Positions 47,843 through 60,277 of a stretch of DNA of 64,000 bases are shown here, one piece after another. The stretch is from Veleropilina oligotropha (lineage: Eukaryota). The translations under genes and the position numbers were made by a program. The stretch is from assembly GCA_048128005.1 (NCBI GenBank), contig JBEUKZ010000071.1, positions 434,001 through 498,000 on the forward strand, given 5' to 3'. The notes beneath the pieces are model-generated. The model worked only from the letters and a program-made list of their open reading frames with translations, had not been told where the DNA came from and searched no databases. The first letter of the stretch is position 1. Each line of letters starts with the position of its first letter.

Positions 47843-49054
47843 CAGTGGATTCCGCTTATTTGCATAGCGAGATTGTCGCGATTATTTATGCAATTAAGCG
47901 GATTATGCGTTTAACCGTTGCGTAAATTTTGGAAAGTTTTTCGCCGGAAATCACCCATGATAATTACTTTTATTTAAATGGTTCTTTATTATAAATATAT
48001 GTCCTGGTAATAAATTTATTTGCAAAGGAGAATTTGCGTAATGTATTTTTCTTTCCATGAATACGGATTGTAGGCACAATATTTTGTGGTTATTCTGACC
48101 TGTTTCAGTAGAATTGATATATAGTTTACTAGGGTGTGGAAATTCATATTCTGAACATTTCTCTTCTGCTGAACACGTGTCGCGATATCGGCCACCATGT
48201 TGAAAATTTAGCCCTAAGTTTTAATCTCGAATCTATTTGTTTATACAATTATTGAATAATTATTTCTAGCGATATTTAATTAGTAAAGTATATTATGATA
48301 TGATATAAAAAAACTTATATGACGCTGTCTTCATATATAAATTAAAATAATAATTAAATCACCATAGTTCTCAACGACGATGCTACAGAACCAAATCAGG
48401 GGAGATAATATTTTAAATTTTGTTACAAAAGACACATTGTGTTGTTGTTGTCTTATAATTATGTTATTTATCGGCGAATTAAGTGATGAATACATGTAAC
48501 GGCACCTTTTACATTGATTCGTAAGCCTAATCTTTGATTTTGCGTTCAGATAAACCCAAAAGTCTGTCATTTGGACTTTGACAATACATTTTAATCTGAT
48601 TATCCACTTTATCGATCGATGTCTGTCATCCCATAATATCCCCGATTGACATCGTTCATTTCCGTAACATTTCTACACTGAAACGATGTTTATCGAACTT
48701 TCAGTTCCGACTTTTTCCGAAGTTAAAATTATTTTGAAACCCACGAGGTTGAAAAAATAGTTAAACTTCGAATGTTACTGTTGAATAAACATCTTAACGA
48801 TGGCGTAGCAAGACATACCGGCAAATATGCAAGTATTTTGATCAATTTAACGATGTTAATATCAATTATGTATTGTTTGGTCAATTATGCAGTCGAAAAT
48901 TTCTTATGCAAATAAGCGAAAATCCGGTAATTATGCATGCAATTAAGCGATTATTTGCATATGATAATAATAGTAAACTATTCTGTTCCTGCAGATTTTA
49001 TGCAAATATCCGAAATATGCAATTAAGCGTTATGCAATTAAGTGGAATCCACTG
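47843..49054. mobile_element. Non-autonomous Tc1/mariner-pogo-type DNA transposon (1.2 kb)
   Basis: TA|CAGTGGATTCCGCTTATTTGCATA ... TATGCAATTAAGTGGAATCCACTG|TA: 24-bp TIRs, TA target duplication and subterminal ATGCAAWTAAGCG repeats; no transposase ORF. Confidence 0.9.
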
Positions 49055-49102
49055 TATTGATATTAATGTAATCTAACCATAAACTATATATTGTTTTTGT
49101 AG

Positions 49103-49240
49103 TGTTCTCCGTTATAACGTTGAGCTGGCACACGATGCTGTTCATGAAGTTAATCTCATATATGTGCGTAAATAAATGGTGTCGCGATTTTAAAAGTACA
49201 GCCGGAAGAAGGAGAAAGACAATAAGCCTCTCAGAATGTA
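49103..49240 (+). CDS. DGAT1: DGAT1 exon (exon 7 equivalent), 138 bp
   Basis: tttttgtag|...TGT A|gtaagt; encodes (V)FSVITLSWHTMLFMKLISYMCVNKWCRDFKSTAGRRRKTISLSEC (human ILFLKLFSYRDVNSWCR). Confidence 0.93.
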
Positions 49241-49271
49241 GTAAGTATTGTAGTGTCACTATATGACAATG

Positions 49272-49470
49272 TAGCGTATCACTGGGTGCAGTGCATCACT
49301 ACAAGCAGTGTATCACTACAAGCAGCGTATCACTGGGTGCAGTGCATCACTACAAGCAGTGTATCACTGAGTGCAGTGCATCACTACAAGCAGCGTATCA
49401 CTGGGTGCAGTGCATCACTACAAGCATTGTATCACTGGATGCAGTGCATCACTACAAGCAGTGTATCACT
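49272..49470. repeat. Minisatellite of alternating 17-bp subunits
   Basis: GTATCACTGGGTGCAGT / GCATCACTACAAGCAGY. Confidence 0.9.
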
Positions 49471-49642
49471 ATATAGTGTATGTGTTACTCCAAGCAATTC
49501 ATCCCTATATGAAGTGTATCACCATACCTGTCAACATTTGACTTTACCTCTTCTGTTTATTTACGTCTTCTGGTTATTTTCTCTTCTGTCATATACTCTA
49601 TATACGAGTAAGCAGTACAGCAAGTTATTTCCGCAGCAATTT

Positions 49643-50323
49643 AAATGTGATATATATATATTTATCAATCAGCCGGTTGTTTGAATGTGATATATATATT
49701 TATCAATCAGCCGGTTGTTTGAATGTGATATATATATATTTATCGATCAGCCGGTTGTTTGAATGTGATATATATATATTTATCGATCAGCCGGTTGTTT
49801 GAATGTGATATATATATATTTATCGATCAGCCGGTTGTTTGAATGTGATATATATATATTTATCAATCGGCCGGTTGTTTGAATGTGATATATATATTTA
49901 TCGATCAGCCGGTTGTTTGAATGTATATATATATATTTATCAATCAGCCGGTTGTTTGAATGTGATATATATATTTATCGATCAGCCGGTTGTTTGAATG
50001 TGATATATATATTTATCGATCAACCGGTTGTTTGAATGTGAAATATATATTTATCGATCAGCCGGTTGTTTGAATGTGATATATATATATTTATCAATCA
50101 GCTGGTTGTTGTGTGAATGTGATATATATATATTTATCAATCAGCCGGTTGTTGTGAATGTGATATATATATATTTATCAATCAGCCGGTTGTTGTGAAT
50201 GTGATATATATATATTTATCAATCAGCCGGTTGTTGTGAATGTGATATATATATATTTATCGATCAGCCGGTTGTTTGAATGTGATATATATATTTATCA
50301 ATCAGCCGGTTGTTTGAATGTGA
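49643..50323. repeat. Minisatellite, ~38-42-bp unit with a variable (AT)n core
   Basis: GAATGTG(AT)nTTATCRATCAGCCGGTTGTTT, about 17 copies. Confidence 0.95.
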
Positions 50324-50429
50324 CTGATGTCAATAATCAAATTACATTATTAAACTGGATCGTTCTCGACAGAGAAGTTAAGTGACGTTGAGCTGTCAGT
50401 GCTTGGATGAGCGGCCATTGTAAGAACAC

Positions 50430-50553
50430 TGGCTGGATGCTACAGCAACAATCGTATGATCAGCTAAAGACATTATGCTGGAGGTTCTGACTGCGGCTGG
50501 ATGCTACAGCAACAATCGTATGATCAGATAAAGACATTATGCTGGAGGTTCTG
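50430..50553. repeat. Tandem duplication of about 60 bp
   Basis: GGCTGGATGCTACAGCAACAATCGTATGATCAG(C/A)TAAAGACATTATGCTGGAGGTTCTGA twice. Confidence 0.85.
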
Positions 50554-50791
50554 AGCTTCTCACTGCGATATGGCTGAATAATTGTTTGAAATGTCTGTAA
50601 AATATTCCACTCAGTGAATTTATTTTGTTCTAATGTTTCAATGATAAATAATGGTGTTTCTATTGGATATTAGCTTTAAAATAATTTTTCAGTCATACAG
50701 CGCATTTCAAAAAGTTAATTAGTAATTCAATGTAATTGAAATTCATATTGTCGATACGGAAGAGCTAGATGTGTCATATTCTTTTTTTCAG

Positions 50792-50863
50792 CTTCAAGAT
50801 TTGACATAAAAGAAAATGGCGTTTCACAACTTGTCATGTATCCAGACAATCTGAACTACAGTG
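50792..50863 (+). CDS. DGAT1: DGAT1 exon (exon 8 equivalent), 72 bp
   Basis: ttttttcag|...AGT G|gtgaga; encodes SRFDIKENGVSQLVMYPDNLNYS (human VSYPDNLTYRD). Confidence 0.92.
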
Positions 50864-51041
50864 GTGAGATGATTGTTCTTAAGACTGATGTGACTTCAAT
50901 GTGATGTCACAATATAATTTTATATGGATGGTAAAATTGAATATTTGAAGTACAGTGTATATGTAATTGTGTGGAGTGTTCTATCTCTATATTATAGAGA
51001 ATATGCTGAAAGGGAATTGGTGGTGTATGCATTAATAAACT

Positions 51042-53479
51042 CTGTGTTCTCGCCAGGTCTCACAATCGGGGCGCTTGTGCCCCGTATAAATTTGATACGT
51101 GAAAATGCGCCCGTTTAAATTTGATTCGTGAAAATGCGCCCCGTTTTAAAATTATGCGCAACGTCAAATTTTCCTCCGCCCTGATAAAAATTACCTGCGC
51201 CACGCTTAAAACATCCAACCAGGAAGTAATCCAATCGGAGGTTTTGCCACCTCTACATATTATAAACCTTATATGACAGAGTCTACCGCCGCGACGCAGT
51301 GTATCGCAATGATGCCATTCCAATATCTGTTCTTCGCCCTCTGTTGACTATCGACCGATCATCAGTAACGCTAAAGCACTGCACTTACAAAGGGAACGCA
51401 TGCCGAATTGAACAGCGACGATTTCCCGCCAAGCTGATGTCGTCTGCTATGTGGAAACTATCAGATAGTACAGCCTTTGTGTGTGTCGGCTTAGGCTATA
51501 TAAGGAGCATTTAGAGATCAAACGCTGATCAAAGGCTCATTCGTCGCAAGCGACCAAGCGCAAGGCGGCCACGGACAGGTCTGTTGGCACGTCTTCACCC
51601 AAACATGAACGTCAGTCATAACAATAGCCTAACATCAATAGATATTTAATGTCGATGACACTTTAAGCGGTTTATATCGTTGAACTACGAAATATTTATT
51701 GAATGATATATTTAAATTTACAAAGTAAATTATCTTGCATTTTTGCAGGAACAATTTTTCGTTCCTGTACTTGTTGGATTAACTAACCACCAGAGGATAG
51801 ATATTGATAGTACCCAGTATCCGTCGTTGTTTTGTATATATCTTTTAAGTATATTACCTTTGTACCCACAAGTGTTTTTAATTAAAATATTATTAGTTAA
51901 TGTTCATAATTAAACATAGTACTGTTTAATCAAGTCGCCATTCATTCGAAGAAACGTCTGTATCACGGCCAACATAAACGCAATGCTTCACATGGGGAAA
52001 GGTAAGAACCCATCTCCGCAAATGACATGCTCTGTATTCCTTGATTCCGCTGAGCCTCGGTTTGGAAGCTTAGGTCTTATTTATACTTATGGCATTCATT
52101 TTAATTATAATTTTCACAGATAATGTAAATTACACACATAGAACAATTGGTATACTTATTGAAGATTTCGTGCAACACGAATATGACAAACTTGATCTTG
52201 GACAATCAAGCAATGCATACATTAGGACAATGTGGTGCTATGTGTTGCATATACATATGCATTGAGATTGTCTGTTGCCACGAAAAAATGATACTAATGG
52301 CCTACACCCACTCCTGCACAAAATATACATGTACAATAAACGTTTAAATATAATTCAAGTTACTTTATTCAAAGAAAATGTCTTCTGCTTAGTTGACTGT
52401 TGATCGTAAAAGGAAAAAAAACGAAATTAGGCTACAGTTACTATACAGAAAGAATTGCGTACTTATTAAATGAAATCGCATTTTCTTAGTAGCACCAATA
52501 TAATATCAAAGCTATTATAATGTAAAACAAGTTATTTAAGTTTTAAAAAAAAACCTCTAATTATCATTACTTCCGTGTTTGTTGAGGGTAAATGTCATGG
52601 GCGATTTTTATCACAACACGGGCGGCTGACATTGATTTGCGGCACGTGTTCTAGGACAAAATTTTCGAAGATTATTGTTTACAAGCCGTTTTTATCGCAA
52701 ATAAAGCTTTTGGAAAGAAGTTAGCTCCAAATGGTGAACGAACAACAATGAAATGGTAAAAACTTAATTAATTATCACTAAGTCTTGATTTTCCGTTCTA
52801 GATTAAGTTAAATCTACAAGCCGCATATGCCTTTTGCCGTAATCCATGTTATATGCTAATAATTCATTTAAAACATGACAATTAATGTATACTATTGAAA
52901 CATACGGCTCATTCAAGTGGTACTCTCCGTTGAGTACCGGGGTGATTGCGTATTAGCAAAAACCGAAAAAAATCGTATTCGACGAATTATTCTCAACTGT
53001 TATGAAAATTGTATTGAGCAATGAAGCAAAAATTGCAGAATACAAAAAATGTCCAGGTAGAAATCGTGCTTAACAGTTTTTACGTACTCAACGGAACCTA
53101 CCACTCGAATGGGCCTATAGAGTCAGGTGATTTTTGAGAAATGTTGGTGTGAATGGGCCGGTTTCTGTTTTCGCTTTTCACTTCATCTCTGACCGGCATT
53201 TATCTCGGGCTGCCTGCATTGTTTCCAAATAATTTGTCTGCGCTTGCTGAATCGTCCAGCTGACCTTGGAGGAATTATACTGACAAAGATCTGACAAAAA
53301 GCCTTGAAACTTCCACCGGCGCGAAAAATCGTGAATTTTTCAAAAGCTTTCCTGACAAAATGGCCCCGTTTGTATGTAAACACGCATGTCTCAAAACCGC
53401 TGAAATCGCATCTCAGATACCTAGTTTTCACCTTCGGCCCGCAGCACCCTGTTTACAATAAATCCTGGCGAGAACACTG
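51042..53479. mobile_element. Non-autonomous DNA transposon with a 5-bp TSD (hAT5-like), 2.4 kb
   Basis: AAACT|CTGTGTTCTCGCCAGG ... CCTGGCGAGAACACTG|AAACT: 16-bp TIRs with one mismatch and subterminal GAAAATGCGCCC repeats; no long ORF. Confidence 0.8.
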
Positions 53480-53527
53480 AAACTATTTGATCAATGTGCC
53501 ATGAGCATAAGGTGTGTAACGGCTTTG

Positions 53528-53927
<400 letters not shown>

Positions 53928-54085
53928 CGTATTGGCTGTGAAAGTCTGATATCTTATGTTGATTTTACAGACAAAATGATCCAACAAGTTTGAAATGACT
54001 AGTATACGCCAGCTGCTCTAATAAGGACATGTCAGAATATGATATTGACTAGTAATAATTTCATATATATTGTATATAATATAAG

Positions 54086-54191
54086 TTGTCGAGAGATGTC
54101 ACGGTAAACACGGTGCATTGAATTCCGAATGGAGTTGTTTAACGTAATAAGGTATTCAATGCACCGTGTTTACCAAGACGTTAATCGAGAA
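54086..54191. repeat. Inverted repeat (hairpin), probably a MITE remnant
   Basis: Perfect 21-bp arms, GGTAAACACGGTGCATTGAAT (54103-54123) and ATTCAATGCACCGTGTTTACC (54154-54174), extended imperfectly outward. Confidence 0.8.
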
Positions 54192-54503
54192 CGTAATTAT
54201 CTTGCTTTGACAATGATAAACTTACTAAACAAATTCCTGACTTGGCTCATAACACTGTTGTTATTTGTACCGTGAAATGGCAGATGACAAACTTCAGTAA
54301 CGCCTACTCAAAGATTTCCAAGTGAGAACAGTATGATTGACAGGCGACGTATGACGTCAGTGTGGTCTAAGCCTTAGCCACGGCTGGCTGGGATTTACGG
54401 CAAGTTAGTAAAATGACGTCAGCCAATCAGAAGAGAGGAAACAAGATAAATGAATATGTAATATGTGATCCAAGATTTTGTGTTAACTTGATTTTTTTTT
54501 CAG

Positions 54504-54607
54504 ACATTTACTACTTTATGGCAGCACCTACATTATGCTATGAGTTGAATTTTCCCCGATCGGCTCGCATTCGTAAACGCTTTCTGTTGAAGCGCTTTCT
54601 GGAATCT
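54504..54607 (+). CDS. DGAT1: DGAT1 exon (exon 9 equivalent), 104 bp
   Basis: ttttttcag|...TCT|gtaagt; encodes (D)IYYFMAAPTLCYELNFPRSARIRKRFLLKRFLES, containing the DGAT1 signature APTLCYELNFPRS.RIRKRFL. Confidence 0.97.
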
Positions 54608-55409
54608 GTAAGTGTTACTTATATTACCATCATGTTAAGGCATTTTGACAATTTGGAGTGACTTGTGATCACAAGAGTGGGAGATCACAGCCATGGTTGA
54701 ATTATAATTGTGCCAGGCTGAAAGGTGACATCATCAGTTATTAAATGTCTTGAGCCAATCAGAAGAGAAGGTTTGTGCAAAAGGAAATTTTCTCCGTGAT
54801 GTTTAGCTCATTGTGTTTGTGGACCATTTCCATTGATATGAAAAGTAAACTAACACTGTGTCCACATGGGGTAATCTGAATACCTATTTCGGAAGATATG
54901 CGTCGGTACATTTTATTGCCTTGTCTCGCTGTAGCACATTCAGACCTAATACCAAAAAGTGCTACTCCAGCTAAGCCTATTCTGTAAGCGAAATATCTCA
55001 TTGATGTCGCTGTCTGCGAGACTTGGTGATCTGTTTGCGAGACTTGGTGTTATCTATAGCAATACGCTGCTGACTTATGTGAAGTCTTGTCAATAGTGTC
55101 TCATCATTCATGCCACTGTCTGCGAGACTTTATAGATGAGCGTGAGAGTTTGTGTTATCTATAGCAATACGCTGCTCATTTGTTTGAAGTCTCGTCAAGA
55201 GTGTCTGCATTTGGCAGCCGGGTGGAACTTATGTGTTCAGGTTAAATTTAATCAGGAACAAGCATTTGTTATATATACTAAGCCAACCTCTGCAGGGGGA
55301 TTATCTATTCGGAAACAATGCCGAAAGTTGTTTCGGAACACCGCGTTCACATCGAGTTGAAACCGATACATCGCTTTACGTTTTGGATTATTTTTGCATT
55401 GTGAATGGC

Positions 55410-57435
55410 CTAGAGGCATGTGATCATGCATTACTAGAGGCATGTGATCATGCAGTACTAGAGGCATTAATTGATGCCATGTGTCGGTGATCATGCAGTA
55501 CTAGAGGCATGTGATCATGCACTACTAGAGGCATTAATTGATGCCATGTGTCGGTGATCATGCAGTACTAGAGGCATGTGATCATGCAGTACTAGAGGCA
55601 TGTGATCATGCAGTACTAGAGGCATTATTGTCAGTGATCATGCACTACTAGAGGCATTATTTGATGCCATGTGTCGGTGATCATGCAGTACTAGAGGCAT
55701 GTGATCATGCAGTACTAGAGGCATGTGATCATGCAGTACTAGAGGCATGTGATCATGCAGTACTAGAGGCATTAATTGATGCCATGTGTCGGTGATCATG
55801 CACTACTAGAGGCATTAATTGATGCCATGTGTCGGTGATCATGCAGTACTAGAGGCATTATTTGATGCCATGTGTCGGTGATCATGCACTACTAGAGGCA
55901 TTAATTGATGCCATGTGTCGGTGATCATGCAGTATTAGAGGCATTATTTGATGCCATGTGTCGGTGATCATGCACTACTAGAGGCATTAATTGATGCCAT
56001 GTGTCGGTGATCATGCAGTACTAGAGGCATGTGATCATGCAGTACTAGAGGCATGTGACCATGCAGTACTAGAGGCATGTGATCATGCAGTACTAGAGGC
56101 ATGTTATCATGCAGTACTAGAGGCATGTGATCATGCAGTATTAGAGGCATTATTGTCAGTGATCATGCAGTACTAGAGGCATGTGATCATGAAGTACTAG
56201 AGGCATTATTGTCAGTGATTATGCAGTATTAGAGGCATTATTGTCAGTGATCATGCAGTACTAGAGGCATGTGATCATGCAGTACTAGAGGCATGTGATC
56301 ATGCAGTACTAGAGGCATGTGATCATGCAGTACTAGAGGCATGTGATCATGCAGTACTAGAGGCATGTGATCATGCAGTACTAGAGGCATGTGATCATGC
56401 AGTACTAGAGGCATGTGATCATGAAGTACTAGAGGCATTATTGTCGGTGATTATGCAGTATTAGAGGCATTATTGTCAGTGATCATGCAGTACTAGAGGC
56501 ATGTGATCATGCAGTACTAGAGGCATGTGATCATGCAGTACTAGAGGCATGTGATCATGCAGTACTAGAGGCATGTGATCATGCAGTACTAGAGGCATGT
56601 GATCATGCAGTACTAGAGGCATGTGATCATGCAGTACTAGAGGCATGTGATCATGCAGTACTAGAGGCATGTGATCATGCACTACTAGAGGCATTAATTG
56701 ATGCCATGTGTCGGTGATCATGCAGTACTAGAAGCATTAATTGATGCCATGTGTCGGTGATCATGCAGTACTAGAGGCATTATTTGATGCCATGTGTCGG
56801 TGATCATGCACTACTAGAGGCATTAATTGATGCCATGTGTCGGTGATCATGCAGTACTAGAGGCATTAATTGATGCCATGTGTCGGTGATCATGCACTAC
56901 TAGAGGCATTCATTGATGCCATGTGTCGGTGATCATGCAGTACTAGAGGCATTATTTGATGCCATGTGTCGGTGATCATGCACTACTAGAGGCATTAATT
57001 GATGCCATGTGTCGGTGATCATGCAGTATTAGAGGCATTATTTGATGCCATGTGTCGGTGATCATGCACTACTAGAGGCATTAATTGATGCCATGTGTCG
57101 GTGATCATGCAGTACTAGAGGCATGTGATCATGCAGTACTAGAGGCATGTGACCATGCAGTACTAGAAGCATGTGATCATGCAGTACTAGAGGCATGTTA
57201 TCATGCAGTACTAGAGGCATGTGATCATGCAGTATTAGAGGCATTATTGTCAGTGATCATGCAGTACTAGAGGCATGTGATCATGAAGTACTAGAGGCAT
57301 TATTGTCGGTGATTATGCAGTATTAGAGGCATTATTGTCAGTGATCATGCAGTACTAGAGGCATGTGATCATGCAGTACTAGAGGCATTATTTTCGGTGA
57401 TCATGCAGTACTAGAGGCATTAATTGATGCCATGT
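55410..57435. repeat. Compound minisatellite with a 24-bp core unit and longer variant units
   Basis: GTGATCATGCAGTACTAGAGGCAT, with inserts TAATTGATGCCATGTGTCG or TATTGTCA. Confidence 0.97.
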
Positions 57436-57523
57436 ATAGTGTTTGATTTTATCTGAATATTTTTTCCAATGAGCATAAAAGTTTCAGAGATTATGTATTA
57501 ACAATGGTCCCTGTCTTTCACAG

Positions 57524-57562
57524 GTGTTTATGTTTCAGCTGATGCTGGGATTAATGCAACAG
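57524..57562 (+). CDS. DGAT1: DGAT1 exon (exon 10 equivalent), 39 bp
   Basis: ctttcacag|...CAG|gttagt; encodes VFMFQLMLGLMQQ (human LFFTQLQVGLIQQ). Confidence 0.9.
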
Positions 57563-57788
57563 GTTAGTGATTTATTGTTCCACACATTGTAGGTAATCAT
57601 TTGCTGTGTCTATACATGCACGATATGTTGTGCAGCCACACACACATTCAACTGAGGCAGGCCGTTTTATGACTAAGTACTGACAGAAATCAGTTTAAAA
57701 ATGTATGTAAAGAAATGAGTTTATAGGTAAATAAAGTCATGTGATGAAGAAGCCTGTAAAGAATTGGTTAATTTGTGAAATGTCCACA

Positions 57789-58242
57789 TTTTTACCGTTT
57801 TTGGCAATGCAAATGTAATGAGGATGTCGTCTGGCCGGCTGTCCGGCTGTCCGTCCGTCCAACTGGCATCAACAATTGATTCTTCTGTTAAAGTTTCTCA
57901 ATCATGCTATATAGGCAACAGGATGCATGTTTTAATTTTTTTATATGCTTGATATCACTATTTCGTTGTTACGTATACCTCGCACTAAATAATTAATATT
58001 GAAGGTAATTTCCTTCGAATTTTACCATAAAATGATGCTTTTGGACTTCAAAATTTTCGTTAAAGTTTTTGGTTAAAGTGTCTCAAACATGCTATATATG
58101 CAACAATAGGCATACTTTGGCATCTTTCTTTGTCATATATCACTCTTTCGTTGTCATCTAACCCTAGAGTAGAAATATTGAAAGCAAGTGAATGATTCGC
58201 AGTTCCATGCATGCGAGCCATTTCGAGCTTTTGCTCTTGTTT
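57789..58242 (+). mobile_element. Degenerate HINE/DINE-1-like (Helentron-associated) element
   Basis: T-rich start, (GTCC)n tract at about 57840-57860, two diverged internal repeats (TAAAGT.TCTCAA.CATGCTATATA.GCAACA), and a 3' short stem-loop followed by CTTGTT. Confidence 0.5.
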
Positions 58243-58334
58243 ACCCTTAAAGTGAGAACACCGTTACTATGCACCGTTACTATGCAATCCAATCATGAAC
58301 AGGCATGTTGACATAGTATGTATGTTTAGAGATG

Positions 58335-60051
58335 CACTATGATATTCAACCCTAGTATGGGCATACACTTTGAATATTCAACCCTAGTATGAGCATACAC
58401 TTTGAATATTCAACCTTAGTATGGGCATACACTATGAGTATTCAACCCTAGTATGGTTGTATATTCATAGGGTATGCCCCTACTAGGGTTGAATATTCAT
58501 AGTGTATGCCCATACTAGGGTTGAATATTCATAGTGTATGCCCATACTAGGGTTGAATATTCATAGTGTATGCCCATACTAGGGTTGAATATTCATACTG
58601 TATGCCCATACTAGGGTTGAATATTTATAGTGTATGCCCATACTAGGGTTGAATACTCATAGTGTATGCCCATACTAGGGTTGAATATTTATAATGTATG
58701 CTCATATTATGGTTGAAATTCATAGTGTATGCCCATACTAAGGTTGAATATTCATAGTGTATGCCCATACTAGCGTTGAATATTCATAGTGTAAGCCCAT
58801 ATTATGGTTGAATATTCATAGTGTATGCCCATATTATGGTTGAATATTCATAGTGTATGCCCATACTAGGATTGAATATTCATAGTGTATGCCCATACTA
58901 GGGTTGAATATTTATAATGTATGCTCATATTATGGTTGAAATTCATAGTGTATGCTCATACTAGGGTTGAATATTCATATTGTATGATCATACTAGGGTT
59001 GAATATTCATAGTGTATGCCCATACTAGGGTTGAATATTTATAGTGTATGCCCATACTAGGGTTGAATACTCATAGTGTATGCCCATACTAGGGTTGAAT
59101 ATTTATAATGTATGCTCATATTATGGTTGAAATTCATAGTGTATGCCCATACTAAGGTTGAATATTCATAGTGTATGCCCATACTAGCGTTGAATATTCA
59201 TAGTGTATGCCCATATTATGGTTGAATATTCATAGTGTATGCCCATATTATGGTTGAATATTCATAGTGTATGCCCATACTAGGGTTGAATATTCATAGT
59301 GTATGCCCATACTAGGGTTGAATATTTATAATGTATGCTCATATTATGGTTGAAATTCATAGTGTATGCCCATACTAAGGTTGAATATTCATAGTGTATG
59401 CCCATACTAGCGTTGAATATTCATAGTGTATGCCCATATTATGGTTGAATATTCATAGTGTATGCCCATATTATGGTTGAATATTCATAGTGTATGCCCA
59501 TACTAGGGTTGAATATTCAAAGTGTATGCCCATACTAGGGTTAAATATTCAAAGTGTATGCCCATACTAGGGTTGAATATTTATAATGTATGCTCATATT
59601 ATGGTTGAAATTCATAGTGTATGCCCATACTAAGGTTGAATATTCATAGTGTATGCCCATACTAGCGTTGAATATTCATAGTGTATGCCCATATTATGGT
59701 TGAATATTCACAGTGTATGCCCATATTATGGTTGAATATTCATAGTGTATGCCCATACTAGGGTTGAATATTCAAAGTGTATGCCCATACTAGGGTTAAA
59801 TATTCAAAGTGTATGCCCATACTAGGGTTGAATATTCATAGTGTATGCCCATACTAGGGTTGAATATTTATAGTGTATGCTCATATTATGGTTGAAATTC
59901 ATAGTGTATGCTCATAGTGTATGCCCATACTAGCGTTGAATATTCATAGTGTAAGCCCATATTATGGTTGAATATTCATAGTGTATGCCCATATTATGGT
60001 TGAATATTCATAGTGTATGCCCATACTAGGATTGAATATTCATAGTGTATG
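58335..60051. repeat. Minisatellite, 32-bp unit, with an orientation switch near 58460
   Basis: GAATATTCATAGTGTATGCCCATACTAGGGTT; the first ~4 copies are the reverse complement. Confidence 0.96.
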
Positions 60052-60277
60052 AAAACGGTTCATTCTGCCATGCATAGGAAGCATGTTATCTTGCTGTCAG
60101 GTTTGTTGGATTTATTCTGAAAATTATTGGACAAAGTGACTAGCTGACACTGCAAATTCATGATTAAGTTGTGTTTACTCAACAGTCAACAGCAATGCGC
60201 CCATTTCATTGATGAGTTAACTGCATGAGAACAATTTTATATTTCTTGTTGACATTGAGTCTTAGACTGCATGTACA

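Noticed and set aside
54413..54661. 82-aa ORF as a stand-alone gene
   Set aside because: Only 54504-54607 is DGAT1-like, and it is bounded by splice sites; the rest is intron.
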